Assembly: GCA_905478415.1 (NCBI GenBank)
Contig: CAJQIG010000005.1
Span: 1,598-65,597, forward strand
Origin: an uncultured Patescibacteria group bacterium
Lineage (GTDB): Bacteria; Patescibacteriota; Microgenomatia; UBA1400; PJMF01
Reading direction: 5' to 3'
DNA length: 64,000 bases
Part shown: positions 19,592 to 28,872 of the stretch, piece after piece
How positions within the stretch are numbered: position 1 is the stretch's first letter
Layout of the letters: each line of letters opens with the position of its first letter
Position numbers and translations under genes: made by a program
The notes under the pieces: generated by a model
What the model saw: the letters and a program-made list of their open reading frames with translations, nothing else
Told to the model about the DNA's origin: nothing
Databases searched by the model: none

Positions 19592-21013
19592 CTAGTCAAG
19601 CGCGTGAGTATTCACGCCTTGAGTCCAGTCAACCTCCGGATATTTTTTAAGCATGGTTCGAAGAATAGTTTTGACATGGTCATATTGTTCTTGAGTTTTA
19701 CCTTCGAACTTGACTGTAATATAGGGACCATTCTGTGAAGCTCTGATAATAGCCATTTCATTTTGGGTATCCATACGGATACCATCGATGTCGATATATT
19801 TTGCATCTGGCCATTGGGCTTTAAACTCATCCTTTATTTTTGTTTGGATGAACTCAAATTTTATATCATCAGCTAAGCCGAACTTTATCTCTGGACTCGA
19901 GATATAGACGGAAAGTTGTCCGGCGGCTTCAGAGAGGGTTTGCTTTTTTCTTTCGAGGTATTGAAGCAGTCTCAAACTAGCGTAGGCGCCATCATCATGA
20001 CCGTAGAAGTTATCCATAAAGAAAATATGTCCAGAAAGCTCTCCTCCAAAGGGAGCGCGGACCTCTTTTAGTTTGGCTTTGATAAAAGAGTGGCCGGTCA
20101 TCCACATGACTGGATCGCCACCAGATTTTTCGATAGCTTCAGTTACTTGTCGTGAGCAGAGCGTGTTATAGACAATTTTTGAACCCGGCATGAAATCAAG
20201 CACGTCTTGTGCAAACAGTGCTACGATCGAGTCCATCCAAAGTACTTGACCTTTTTCGTCAACAACAGCCATGCGATCACCATCAGTGTCATAGGCAAAG
20301 CCAATATCAGCTCCAGCTTTTTTAACACCAACAGCGAGTCTATCGAGAACCTCAACTTCTGTTGGATCTGGAACTCCCATTGGGAAGTTACCGTCGAGTT
20401 CTGTATTTTGTTCGACCACCTCGCAACCCATGGCTCTAAAAATTTCAGGGTAAAATTTTCCTGAGGTGGTGTTACAAGCATCGATGACAATTTTCCACTT
20501 TTTTTGTAAGTCAAAGTGTTTAATGATATCGGCTTTATAGGCTGGAAAGACATCTTCTTCTCTATTGGTTCCTTTGCCTTCTACAAACTCACCTTTGTCA
20601 CAGAGTTCGCGTAAATACTGAATTTCTTCAGTAATCATGGTGTCAGAATAACCAACACCAAGTTTGAGTCCATTGAATTCTTTTGGGTTGTGAGAGGCGG
20701 TAACCATGGCGCCACCTTTTGTTTTAAATTCATATGAAGAAAAATACACGATTTGACTCAAAGACAATCCCATGTCGATGGTATCAATACCGCCGTCATT
20801 GAGACCGGCAATGAAAGCCTTTGAGTAGACTTCTCCAGTTAATCGATTATCTCTACCAATAGTAGCTTCTTGAATTCTTCTTTGGTGTAAGAAGGTAGCG
20901 TATGCTCGGCCGAGTGTGTAGTAGACATCTTCGCTCAGGTCCACATCAGCAACTCCGCGGAGGTCATAGCCCCTAAAAATTTTAGGATTTATTTTGGAAA
21001 CTAATTTGTACAT
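19592..21013 (-). CDS. Phosphomannomutase/phosphoglucomutase
   Basis: Motifs FRGYDLRG, TASHNP, DTDGDR and GELSGH. Confidence 0.95.
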   Translation of the reverse strand: MYKLVSKINPKIFRGYDLRGVADVDLSEDVYYTLGRAYATFLHQRRIQEATIGRDNRLTGEVYSKAFIAGLNDGGIDTIDMGLSLSQIVYFSSYEFKTKGGAMVTASHNPKEFNGLKLGVGYSDTMITEEIQYLRELCDKGEFVEGKGTNREEDVFPAYKADIIKHFDLQKKWKIVIDACNTTSGKFYPEIFRAMGCEVVEQNTELDGNFPMGVPDPTEVEVLDRLAVGVKKAGADIGFAYDTDGDRMAVVDEKGQVLWMDSIVALFAQDVLDFMPGSKIVYNTLCSRQVTEAIEKSGGDPVMWMTGHSFIKAKLKEVRAPFGGELSGHIFFMDNFYGHDDGAYASLRLLQYLERKKQTLSEAAGQLSVYISSPEIKFGLADDIKFEFIQTKIKDEFKAQWPDAKYIDIDGIRMDTQNEMAIIRASQNGPYITVKFEGKTQEQYDHVKTILRTMLKKYPEVDWTQGVNTHALD

Positions 21014-21078
21014 ACGAGTCCTTTCGTGCCGAAGTTGGCTCCAAGAATTTTTTTGTATGATAAAGTATGATACTTAAT

Positions 21079-21759
21079 TTACACCCCTAGCGTGAAAAGA
21101 TCAAGCTGGGATTGTAATGGCAAGGCTAGCCGGGAGGTTTTTGCTTTTTCATCAAGCTCAACCAATTTGGTATGAAGATGTATGAGTTGTGTTTCAGTGA
21201 AATTGTGTGCTTGTTTTTTGTACTTTGAGACCATAAACGGGGGTCCTTTAATGGTGCCACCTGTTTTTGCTAAGAGGAGTAAGCGAATATGGCGAACTAA
21301 CATCAAAAAACAAAGGTACTCACCATCTTTGAGGATGGCCTCATGTAAAAGGGAAAGTTTTTTTTGAGGATTTCCCTGTGATCCAAAGAGGTCTAGCCAA
21401 GCAAATAAAGCATTGCTGGTTTTGAACTCAGATGCTTGTGCTTGAGGGAATTTTTTTAACATTGTTGGGGTCAGTGCTCTTTTTTCCCAAAGGATGACTT
21501 CGTGTGGTGTTTCTTGTTCTAACAGACTCAAGAGTTCCTTTTTGCGGGCTGAGGTTGGGAGTGAATGCAGCGCTTCAATGACAATCCCCTTTTGTGTTCC
21601 AAAAAGATCACTCTCTCCCAGTGCCGATTCAAGTTCTGCTCGGGAAAGTGGCTTGGCATCAAAACGAACAACTTTTTTACCCTGTTCTTTGAGATTTGAT
21701 AGGTGTGAAGTTAGTTTTTCTCTGGAGGCTACGATGTTATCACCGTGTAAAATAATCAT
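21079..21759 (-). CDS. holA: DNA polymerase III delta subunit (short form)
   Basis: MIILHGDN start, DLFG motif, C-terminal PFMVSK...LVELDEKAKTS collar helix pattern. Confidence 0.75.
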   Translation of the reverse strand: MIILHGDNIVASREKLTSHLSNLKEQGKKVVRFDAKPLSRAELESALGESDLFGTQKGIVIEALHSLPTSARKKELLSLLEQETPHEVILWEKRALTPTMLKKFPQAQASEFKTSNALFAWLDLFGSQGNPQKKLSLLHEAILKDGEYLCFLMLVRHIRLLLLAKTGGTIKGPPFMVSKYKKQAHNFTETQLIHLHTKLVELDEKAKTSRLALPLQSQLDLFTLGV

Positions 21760-21798
21760 AGATTGAGTCTATTGAGTGGCACTGTATCTTAGCATAGA

Positions 21799-22494
21799 TC
21801 ATGAAAGGGAGAGCCCATTTCGTTTTAACCAGCCTCTTTTAATTCTGTACTCTGGATCGAATCTTTCAACCAGACTCCAAAACTTGCCTGAGTGGTCCAT
21901 ATGTGTTCGGTGCGCAAGTTCGTGGATAATGACATAGTCAATAATGGGTGGTTCAAAATGGGCCAGCCGCCAATTGAAGTTGAGGTTTCCTTTTGAACTG
22001 CAACTTCCCCACCGGGTTTTCTGTTCTTTAAGCGTAATGGCTTCGTAGGTGGTATCCATTTTTTTAGCTAGAGTTTTGGTTCTCGGCAGAATATAGCTCT
22101 GAGCGGTTCGTTTGAGGAACCGATCAATGTTTGTATGGTAGCTTTTAGTAAGTTCTTCGGCCGAATTAAGTTCTAAGGAGAGGGCTGAATTATGGAGAAT
22201 GGTGTCTCCTTGGATATGGATACCCAGAGGAATTTCTTTTGAAAAGACATCCTGGCGTTGGTATTTTTTTCCAAAGATAACGACGCTAGTGTCAGTCACA
22301 ATATTTTTCTGAACGGAAGCAATTTTTCTTTTTTGGAGTTCAATCCAGTGCGAATTGGTTTGGATAAATCGATCGGCTAAAAACTTAGGAGTAAAAGGGG
22401 GCGTGGTGAGAATAACTTCGCCAGTACCTGACACGCTAATCTTGAGTGATTTTGAGCGTGCATTTTTTTTATGAGTGTAGGTTATTTTTGCCAT
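21799..22494 (-). CDS. M48/YgjP-like metallopeptidase (DUF45)
   Basis: KTRWGSCS and YVIIHELAH..HMDHS..FW. Confidence 0.9.
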   Translation of the reverse strand: MAKITYTHKKNARSKSLKISVSGTGEVILTTPPFTPKFLADRFIQTNSHWIELQKRKIASVQKNIVTDTSVVIFGKKYQRQDVFSKEIPLGIHIQGDTILHNSALSLELNSAEELTKSYHTNIDRFLKRTAQSYILPRTKTLAKKMDTTYEAITLKEQKTRWGSCSSKGNLNFNWRLAHFEPPIIDYVIIHELAHRTHMDHSGKFWSLVERFDPEYRIKRGWLKRNGLSLS

Positions 22495-22498
22495 TTCC

Positions 22499-23005
22499 TT
22501 AGAAAAGTGTCTCAACTAATGACACAAAGTCTATCATACTCACATAGTTTTGGAGTATGGGAGTAAAGATCAGGAAGGCCATGGAGATAATGAGATCGAG
22601 TGTGGGTCCTGTTTCTCTACGAACATTATGGAGTCGGAGTGCCAGTAAAAAGTAAATTACTGTGGTGATAGCGATCATAGCCGCCATAACACTCAGTTGA
22701 TTTACTTCTTGGGAAGTCACCAGTTTGAGGTCGAGTTTTGTATTGAGTTCAGGATAGGTTACCACTACAAAGACAATCGCATCATAGACACCTTTGACTC
22801 CATATGCTGTCAACAACACAGTTAAAATTCGATTCCAGTAATAGACAAGTTTAGCAACTGCACCTTCTATTTGAAGTCGAGTCATTCTTTTTTTGACTTG
22901 CTGTTCTTGCTCTGCTTGGATTGTTTCTTGGTCCTGAAGTGTGGGGGCTGGTGTTGTCACAGGTGGGACTGGGGTGGTTGGAAGTATTTGTTCGGCTTGT
23001 ATCAT
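22499..23005 (-). CDS. Membrane protein
   Basis: Three TM segments and a Pro/Thr-rich N-terminus. Confidence 0.7.
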   Translation of the reverse strand: MIQAEQILPTTPVPPVTTPAPTLQDQETIQAEQEQQVKKRMTRLQIEGAVAKLVYYWNRILTVLLTAYGVKGVYDAIVFVVVTYPELNTKLDLKLVTSQEVNQLSVMAAMIAITTVIYFLLALRLHNVRRETGPTLDLIISMAFLIFTPILQNYVSMIDFVSLVETLF

Positions 23006-23081
23006 GATCTCTCCCAACTATAACAAATAATGCTTTTGGTGTACAATACCCCCATTGTGGAGATTTATCTCTATGAAATGT

Positions 23082-23166
23082 GCCGAAGTGGCGGAATTGG
23101 TAGACGCGCACGGTTTAGGACCGTGTAGAGCAATCTGTGGAGGTTCAAGTCCTCTCTTCGGCACCA
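23082..23166 (+). tRNA. tRNA-Leu(TAG)
   Basis: Cloverleaf GCCGAAG...CTTCGGC ACCA, anticodon arm CACGG-TTTAGGA-CCGTG, long variable arm. Confidence 0.97.
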
Positions 23167-23337
23167 AAATAAAGAGACTTTACGTACGTGGGGTCTCTTT
23201 TTATAGCGGTTTACATATCTGTGTTATTATTGACATTTTTACTATAGGATGTTATAATGATGGTTCTCTGTTTAACACGGAGTGGCTGTTTAATGTATCT
23301 GTTCAATTTTTTTCTGGAGGGAAAAGTGGCAACAAGA

Positions 23338-23499
23338 ATGTTCGTATTCGCTTTGTTAGGAGCAATTGTGATGGCACTCTTATATGGTTTGCTCATAATT
23401 GCTTCTCCAGTACTTATTGGGAATCCTGTGACTCAAATGCTCATTGCTGCGCTTATTGGAGCGGTTATTGGGGCAATTGCAGGGACTTTAAAGATTTAA
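23338..23499 (+). CDS. Small two-TM membrane protein
   Basis: MFVFALLG... hydrophobic ORF, GGAGG upstream and a terminator downstream. Confidence 0.55.
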   Translation: MFVFALLGAIVMALLYGLLIIASPVLIGNPVTQMLIAALIGAVIGAIAGTLKI

Positions 23500-23511
23500 A
23501 CAGTTCTCATT

Positions 23512-23540
23512 GGCCGCCTTTTTAGGCGGCCACTTTTTTT
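23512..23540 (+). terminator. Rho-independent terminator
   Basis: GGCCGCCT-TTTT-AGGCGGCC followed by ACTTTTTTT. Confidence 0.8.
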
Positions 23541-23561
23541 ATACATACGCATACTAGGTAC

Positions 23562-23635
23562 AAAAAAATCCGCCTTGAAAGCGGATTCTTTTGTCTCAGA
23601 ACGTGAATCCCGGTGAGGATAAACCTTCTGAGGTA
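23562..23635 (-). ncRNA. Putative ~75-nt small RNA with its own promoter and terminator
   Basis: TTGACA(23669-23664)-17-TATTAT(23646-23641), stem CTCAGAA/TTCTGAG with an inner hairpin, then terminator AATCCGC-TTTCAAG-GCGGATT-TTTTT; no ORF. Confidence 0.5.
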
Positions 23636-23725
23636 TTAAGATAATATCAAATTATTATAAGATTGTCAATAGGAATAAAAAAGTATCATACCATATCAGA
23701 TCGATAAAAAATATGGGAGTTTTAT

Positions 23726-24427
23726 TTAGAGTTGTGGCTCGATTTGTCCAGAACCTGATCCTTCAGAAGTAAACTCGAGGAGATAAGCACTATCAGCTTT
23801 GTTTTCTTGCCCGAGAACTCGATCATCGTAGCGCATTTCTGACATCCATTGATTAACTGATCGAGCCCAGGAACCATCACTGCTGGGTGTGTACTTCTTC
23901 ATAATTAGTTCAGGAGTGACTCGACCTTGGTCAATATAGTAAGCTTTGAGTTCTCTCGCTGCTCTCTCAAAGTTAGCTTCGTAGCTCTCAAATCCTAAAG
24001 TACCGCGTTCATGAATACCAAAGCCAAGACAATTATATGAGCCTGGAGGGATTCTCTTGCAGAGATTACTCTCTTGCATGGCAATTGCAGGCAAAAGTCT
24101 GAAGTCGATATCGTATCGGTCTGCGATTTCGACAATAGCTACACCATAGTAATCATATGGCTTCAGGGGGGAGTTATAGCGCTCTAAAAAGTTAGCAATG
24201 ATCAGTGGGCGGGCGTCGCCAGCTTCCAAGTAGGTTTTGAATTCGAGGTTATCTTCGTAATCAGCAACATCGTCGAGTGATGTCTCGACAACTTTGATAC
24301 CACTCATCTCAGAAGTAAAGTCTAAAAAATCTGGATTTATAGAATAAAAATTATATCCAGCTATGACGGTTAAAATCATTCCTGTGGCTAGAAATATCCA
24401 TGAAAATGCGTAAAATAAAGACTTCAT
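23726..24427 (-). CDS. Membrane-anchored lysozyme-like (glucosaminidase/SLT-type) protein
   Basis: N-terminal TM, RLLPAIAMQESNL catalytic-Glu motif, YNCLGFG. Confidence 0.7.
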   Translation of the reverse strand: MKSLFYAFSWIFLATGMILTVIAGYNFYSINPDFLDFTSEMSGIKVVETSLDDVADYEDNLEFKTYLEAGDARPLIIANFLERYNSPLKPYDYYGVAIVEIADRYDIDFRLLPAIAMQESNLCKRIPPGSYNCLGFGIHERGTLGFESYEANFERAARELKAYYIDQGRVTPELIMKKYTPSSDGSWARSVNQWMSEMRYDDRVLGQENKADSAYLLEFTSEGSGSGQIEPQL

Positions 24428-24516
24428 ATGGTGTGATTAACTAAGGTACTACTCGGATAGTATACCAGCTGTATGCACCTAGACAAACGAAGAGTCTTTT
24501 GATATCCTATAATAGT

Positions 24517-25557
24517 ATGAAACTATATACCAGTTTAGCTCGTATTGCCTTTTCACTGACTCTAGTGGTGAGTCTTTTCGTGGCTACTCTTTCTCAAGTT
24601 GCTGCAGTTGCTTCAATTCCAGCAGGTATTCATATTCTTCGTATTGAAGAAGTGACTGAGGCGGCAGAGCTGACTCAGGACATGGGAGTTGATGATGTGT
24701 GGACCTATGTCACCATTCCGTTTACTTTAGCAGACCTCGATCGGCCGCAAGAATGGCAAGACTTTTTTGATACCGCAGCTTCTAAAAAAATGATTCCACT
24801 TGTTCGCTTAACAACAGCATTTGAAGATGAATCCTGGAATGTGCCAACTAAGAAAAATATTGTTGATCAAATTACTTTTCTTTCAAAGTTACAGTGGCCA
24901 ACTGACAAAAAGCATATTATCGTTTTTAACGAAGTCAATCACTCTAAAGAATGGGGAGGCACTGTTGATCCGGAAGAATATGCGAGACTTTTTGCGTTTA
25001 CTGCAAACTGGGCCCATACCGAAGAACAAAACTTTGTGGTGTTGCCTGCAGCACTTGATTTAGCGGCTCCGAATGGTCGTAGCACAGTAGAAGCCTTCAC
25101 CTTTCTTTCTCAAATGGAAGCGTCCCATCCCGATGTACTTTTACTCGCTGATGCTTGGAACTCACATTCCTATCCAAATCCTGGTTTTTCAGCTTCTCCA
25201 CAACGAAGTGGGCAAAACTCTCTGAGTGGTTTTAAGCTAGAACTCGCATGGTTGCAAGAACATACTGGCAAGGAGTTTCAAGTGTATATAACTGAGACTG
25301 GTTGGGATGTTTCTGGTTCACTCGATCGCTGGATGGCCTCTTATTATCAATATGCAGTCAGTCATATTTGGAGTGATCCGTCTGTTGTGGCTGTGACGCC
25401 TTTCATTTTACAAGGTTCACCAGGCCCTTTTTCAGGCTTCAGCTTTTTGGATGAAACGGGGGAGCCAACAACACAGTATGTTGCTTATCAAAAGGCATTG
25501 AAAAATCACTATGCACCTTCAGACTTTCTGTTAGCAAAAATACAAGTAATTGAGTAA
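24517..25557 (+). CDS. Secreted glycoside hydrolase, clan GH-A
   Basis: Signal peptide, FNEVN acid/base, HSYP, ITETGW nucleophile. Confidence 0.8.
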   Translation: MKLYTSLARIAFSLTLVVSLFVATLSQVAAVASIPAGIHILRIEEVTEAAELTQDMGVDDVWTYVTIPFTLADLDRPQEWQDFFDTAASKKMIPLVRLTTAFEDESWNVPTKKNIVDQITFLSKLQWPTDKKHIIVFNEVNHSKEWGGTVDPEEYARLFAFTANWAHTEEQNFVVLPAALDLAAPNGRSTVEAFTFLSQMEASHPDVLLLADAWNSHSYPNPGFSASPQRSGQNSLSGFKLELAWLQEHTGKEFQVYITETGWDVSGSLDRWMASYYQYAVSHIWSDPSVVAVTPFILQGSPGPFSGFSFLDETGEPTTQYVAYQKALKNHYAPSDFLLAKIQVIE

Positions 25558-25612
25558 TTAATTTATACACTATCTTGACAGAAGTAAGAAAAAATCATAT
25601 AGTTGCCCTACC

Positions 25613-26425
25613 ATGGGAAAAAAACGCCTTACCATTACCCTTTCCGAAGAAATTGTTAAGAAAGTTGACAAGTATATCGATGGTGTCCAAATTCGAAACC
25701 GTTCGCACGCAATTGAAAGTCTGTTAGAACAGAGTTTCTCCCCTTCTATTGATACAGCCGTAATTTTAGCTGGTGGCCTTGAAGCCACAAAGGATAGTCC
25801 AGCTCTCAAAAAAATGAGTGATCGCTACGTGTTAGCAATTACTTTAGAAAAACTCCGTGACGTTGGTATTGACCAAGTTGTGATCTGTGCGGGTCAACTG
25901 ACCCCTCAAATTAAGGCCATTTTTGGTTCTGGAGCAAGCTATGGTGTCGACTTAGTCTACACAGAGGAACAAGAGCCTCTGGGGACGGCTGGGGCCCTTA
26001 AATTAGCTGAACGTTATCTTGTTGGCGAGCCATTTTTAGTGATTCATGCTGATGTGCTCAGTGATTTAGATTTTGGATCACTTGTTGAGTTCCATTTGAG
26101 TGAGAATACTTTGGCTACGATTGCCGTTAAACCAGCGATGGGTACGAAAGAGTATGGTCACGTGTACTTAGCAGGAAATAGAATTGTAGAGTTTTCAGAT
26201 TCAAGTGAAAAAAAAGGTATCAGTATTATTAATACTGGTATGTATGTGCTTGGTCCAGAAGTTTTAGACGCAATTGCTCCTCATTCTAAACTCTACTTAG
26301 AAAAAGATATTTTTCCACAACTAGCAGCTACGGGTGAATTAAGTGCATTCTTATTTCAGGGCTACTGGTTTGATGTTACTAAAGATACGACCTTTGCTGA
26401 AGCTGCTGATGCTTGGGAACTGTAG
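25613..26425 (+). CDS. RHH DNA-binding domain fused to a nucleotidyltransferase-like domain
   Basis: KRLTITLSEEIVKKVD...NRSHAIE (RHH) plus AVILAGG, EPLGTAGAL, INTGMY and GYWFDV. Confidence 0.85.
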   Translation: MGKKRLTITLSEEIVKKVDKYIDGVQIRNRSHAIESLLEQSFSPSIDTAVILAGGLEATKDSPALKKMSDRYVLAITLEKLRDVGIDQVVICAGQLTPQIKAIFGSGASYGVDLVYTEEQEPLGTAGALKLAERYLVGEPFLVIHADVLSDLDFGSLVEFHLSENTLATIAVKPAMGTKEYGHVYLAGNRIVEFSDSSEKKGISIINTGMYVLGPEVLDAIAPHSKLYLEKDIFPQLAATGELSAFLFQGYWFDVTKDTTFAEAADAWEL

Positions 26426-26427
26426 GA

Positions 26428-26871
26428 TTACAGCCATTGGTTAAATAGGTAGGCAGTAGTTATCAGCGTGACAATAGTCACACATTGCCAAAACAGTTGA
26501 TACACAAACCAAACAGAATCATTGTGAAACAAGGTGAATCCACGCATTTTTTTTGGTGGATTTCTTTCTATCGTAGAAAACTGCTGCAGGAACCAATAGA
26601 GTATCTCTCCCCCACTCCTGACTAGCCAGAATGTTGAAACAAGTAAAAGGAAGAGTACCCAATCTTGCAAAAGAAGTGAACTGAGTGCCGCCAGTGTCCA
26701 AAAAGGGCCAACTACTGTTGCATCTCCCCAAACAAAAATGCCGAGCCAAAAAAGAGCAGGTGTATCTCCCAGTGCATTTTTTTCTTGGGCGGATTGGTAG
26801 AAGCCTTTGATGGAAATGACGAGAGTAGTAATTGTAAAGACGAGTAGTAGTCCGGTTTGGAGTGGATGCAT
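26428..26871 (-). CDS. Membrane protein
   Basis: Four Trp-rich hydrophobic segments. Confidence 0.75.
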   Translation of the reverse strand: MHPLQTGLLLVFTITTLVISIKGFYQSAQEKNALGDTPALFWLGIFVWGDATVVGPFWTLAALSSLLLQDWVLFLLLVSTFWLVRSGGEILYWFLQQFSTIERNPPKKMRGFTLFHNDSVWFVYQLFWQCVTIVTLITTAYLFNQWL

Positions 26872-26954
26872 AGTTGATGAGGTTTATTTTACCAGATTAG
26901 TGGTAGTGCTCTTTTTAGTACAAAACCGTCAACAAGTGTCGACGGTTTATTTTG

Positions 26955-27026
26955 AGCGGGAGACGGGGTTCGAACCCGCGACCTCTTCCTTGGCAAGGAA
27001 GCGCTCTACCACTGAGCTACTCCCGC
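26955..27026 (-). tRNA. tRNA-Gly(GCC)
   Basis: GCGGGAG...CTCCCGC T, anticodon arm CTTCC-TTGCCAA-GGAAG; CCA not encoded. Confidence 0.97.
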
Positions 27027-27105
27027 AGATGTTGATCTAACATTCAGAATTATACAACCTGATGCTGATCTTGTGAATAAGTGTCTGAGGTCGTATAGTA
27101 CACAT

Positions 27106-27261
27106 ATGAACAGAAATCCCCTCACATCACCAGAAATGAACCGACAAATGGGCAAAGCTACCGATAATGGGCTTAAGTTTTTCTTCAAGTGGTTTGGGAT
27201 TGCAGTTACAGAACTTGTTAAGTTTATTAAAGTGTTGGTTTCTTCAGCAATGGGAAAATAA
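27106..27261 (+). CDS. Small amphipathic protein
   Basis: 51-aa ORF between tRNAs with TATAGT just upstream of the ATG (leaderless pattern). Confidence 0.5.
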   Translation: MNRNPLTSPEMNRQMGKATDNGLKFFFKWFGIAVTELVKFIKVLVSSAMGK

Positions 27262-27293
27262 TTTTTTTCAAAAATTTTTCAAATAAAGATGTG

Positions 27294-27366
27294 TGCCAAG
27301 TTCAGGAATCGAACCTGAATCTCATGTTTTTCAGACATGCGCCGTAACCACCTTGGCTAACTTGGC
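27294..27366 (-). tRNA. tRNA-Phe(GAA)
   Basis: Anticodon arm CATGT-CTGAAAA-ACATG, acceptor GCCAAGT/ACTTGGC. Confidence 0.95.
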
Positions 27367-27399
27367 ATCTTTGTATCAAGAAAAGATACTTTTTTTCTG

Positions 27400-27472
27400 T
27401 GGAATGTAAGGGACTCGAACCCCTGACCCTTCGGATGTAAGCCGAATGCTCTACCAACTGAGCTAACATTCC
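27400..27472 (-). tRNA. tRNA-Val(TAC)
   Basis: Anticodon arm TTCGG-CTTACAT-CCGAA, acceptor GGAATGT/ACATTCC. Confidence 0.95.
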
Positions 27473-27479
27473 ATTTTTG

Positions 27480-27560
27480 TGCCCAGGAGAGGAGTTGAAC
27501 CTCCACACCTTGCGGCATACGCACCTCAAGCGTACGTGTATACCATTTCACCACCTGGGC
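27480..27560 (-). tRNA. tRNA-Leu(GAG)
   Basis: Anticodon arm TACGC-TTGAGGT-GCGTA, long variable arm. Confidence 0.95.
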
Positions 27561-27662
27561 ACTTTTAAAAGAGCATGTAGTGTGTGAAATCACAGACTAC
27601 AAGGCTTGTATTATAAAATACTTTCACCTTTTTCGGAAGTACGGCTTCTGCCGATTTTCAGG

Positions 27663-27750
27663 TGGTGCCAGAGATGGGAGTCGAACCCATACGCCCGTAA
27701 TTGAGCACTAGTTCCTGAAACTAGCCTGTCTACCATTTCAGCACTCTGGC
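27663..27750 (-). tRNA. tRNA-Leu(CAG)
   Basis: Anticodon arm CTAGT-TTCAGGA-ACTAG, long variable arm, encoded CCA. Confidence 0.95.
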
Positions 27751-27809
27751 AATAAAAAGTATTGTACCTTTTTTTTACCTTTTTTCTAGTTCTAAGGGAA
27801 CAATAAAAA

Positions 27810-28499
27810 CTATTTTCGATTAATGGTTTCAAATTTTCGTTGAAAAGCTTCGATAATAATGTCGCGAGATTGTTTAAAATCAAAATAGGTTGTATTGATG
27901 GTCAGATCATATGAGTTAACTTTTTTAGGATCTTTTTTGAAGTACTGTTTGACAAATTCTCGACGTTCTTTTTCTACTTTAGCAATAACCTCTTTGGCTT
28001 TTGCTAGGTTGTGTCCTTCATAATCAATAGCTCTTTGAACTCTGACTTTGTAGGGAGCGGTGATGTTGACGTGCAGGCCCTTACCAAACGGAGTAATAAA
28101 ATTAGCTCCACGACCTAAGATGACGCACTTGCCTTGATAGGCATAGGCGAGCACGACTTTGATTAGTTCAGAGACATAGGCAGAATCATCAATATACTCA
28201 ACATTTAAGACTGAGTGGACGATATCTTCGATTTTCGAGCGGTTTTTCTCGTCAACAGCTTTAATAATTTCTTTTCGTCTTTTTGTTGAGGAAGCAATTT
28301 GGTCAATAATTTGTTCGTCTATGAGTTCAAAGCCAAGTTTTTGAGCTACCGCTTCAGCAATGGGGGCGCCACCACTCCCTGGTTCGCGGGCAATGGTAAT
28401 GAAGGGTTTTGTAAAAGAGTGCTCGGGGTTAAGAGCTGATTCTTTGAGATGAAAAAACTGTAAGGCCTTATTAATGAGGGGGTAATAACGTGTGTCCAT
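27810..28499 (-). CDS. Cytidylate kinase-like family protein
   Basis: Motifs ITIAREPGSGG, VILGRGA and YDLTINT. Confidence 0.85.
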   Translation of the reverse strand: MDTRYYPLINKALQFFHLKESALNPEHSFTKPFITIAREPGSGGAPIAEAVAQKLGFELIDEQIIDQIASSTKRRKEIIKAVDEKNRSKIEDIVHSVLNVEYIDDSAYVSELIKVVLAYAYQGKCVILGRGANFITPFGKGLHVNITAPYKVRVQRAIDYEGHNLAKAKEVIAKVEKERREFVKQYFKKDPKKVNSYDLTINTTYFDFKQSRDIIIEAFQRKFETINRK

Positions 28500-28620
28500 A
28501 GAACTATTATACCTACTTTCTACAAAAAACCAGGTCGAGTTCGCTTCTTTTTCGGAACTTTCATTTAGTGGTATAATATAATTTCTGGGTGTAAAAGCCC
28601 TGTCCTTTTTACTTTATTTT

Positions 28621-28693
28621 GCGCCAGTAGCTCAGCGGATAGAGCACCGGTCTTCGGAACCGGGTGTCGGGGGTTCGAATCCCTCCTGGCGCA
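28621..28693 (+). tRNA. tRNA-Arg(TCG)
   Basis: Anticodon arm CCGGT-CTTCGGA-ACCGG, acceptor GCGCCAG/CTGGCGC. Confidence 0.96.
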
Positions 28694-28856
28694 CACATAA
28701 AGGACCAGCAATAGCTGGTTCTTGATGTGTTTGTTCGGTGATGATTTGAACTGTCGCGCCGGGCAAACGAGCACATTGTGCGAGTCACCCTAGTGCATGT
28801 GAGCCTCATCTAGTAGAAACAGATTGCGAATCGTAAATCCCTCCTGGCGCACACAT
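28678..28856 (+). repeat. 21-bp direct repeat of the tRNA-Arg 3' end flanking a 137-bp insert
   Basis: AATCCCTCCTGGCGCACACAT at 28678-28698 and 28836-28856. Confidence 0.9.
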
Positions 28857-28872
28857 TTATTTATATATTGAT

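Noticed and set aside
23055-23525. 156-aa ORF in the track
   Set aside because: It runs through tRNA-Leu(TAG) and overlaps a better small ORF; spurious.
27302-27883. Short minus-strand ORFs (75, 78 and 90 aa)
   Set aside because: They are translations of tRNA genes.
28565-28809. Two short ORFs
   Set aside because: Antisense to tRNA-Arg and its insert.
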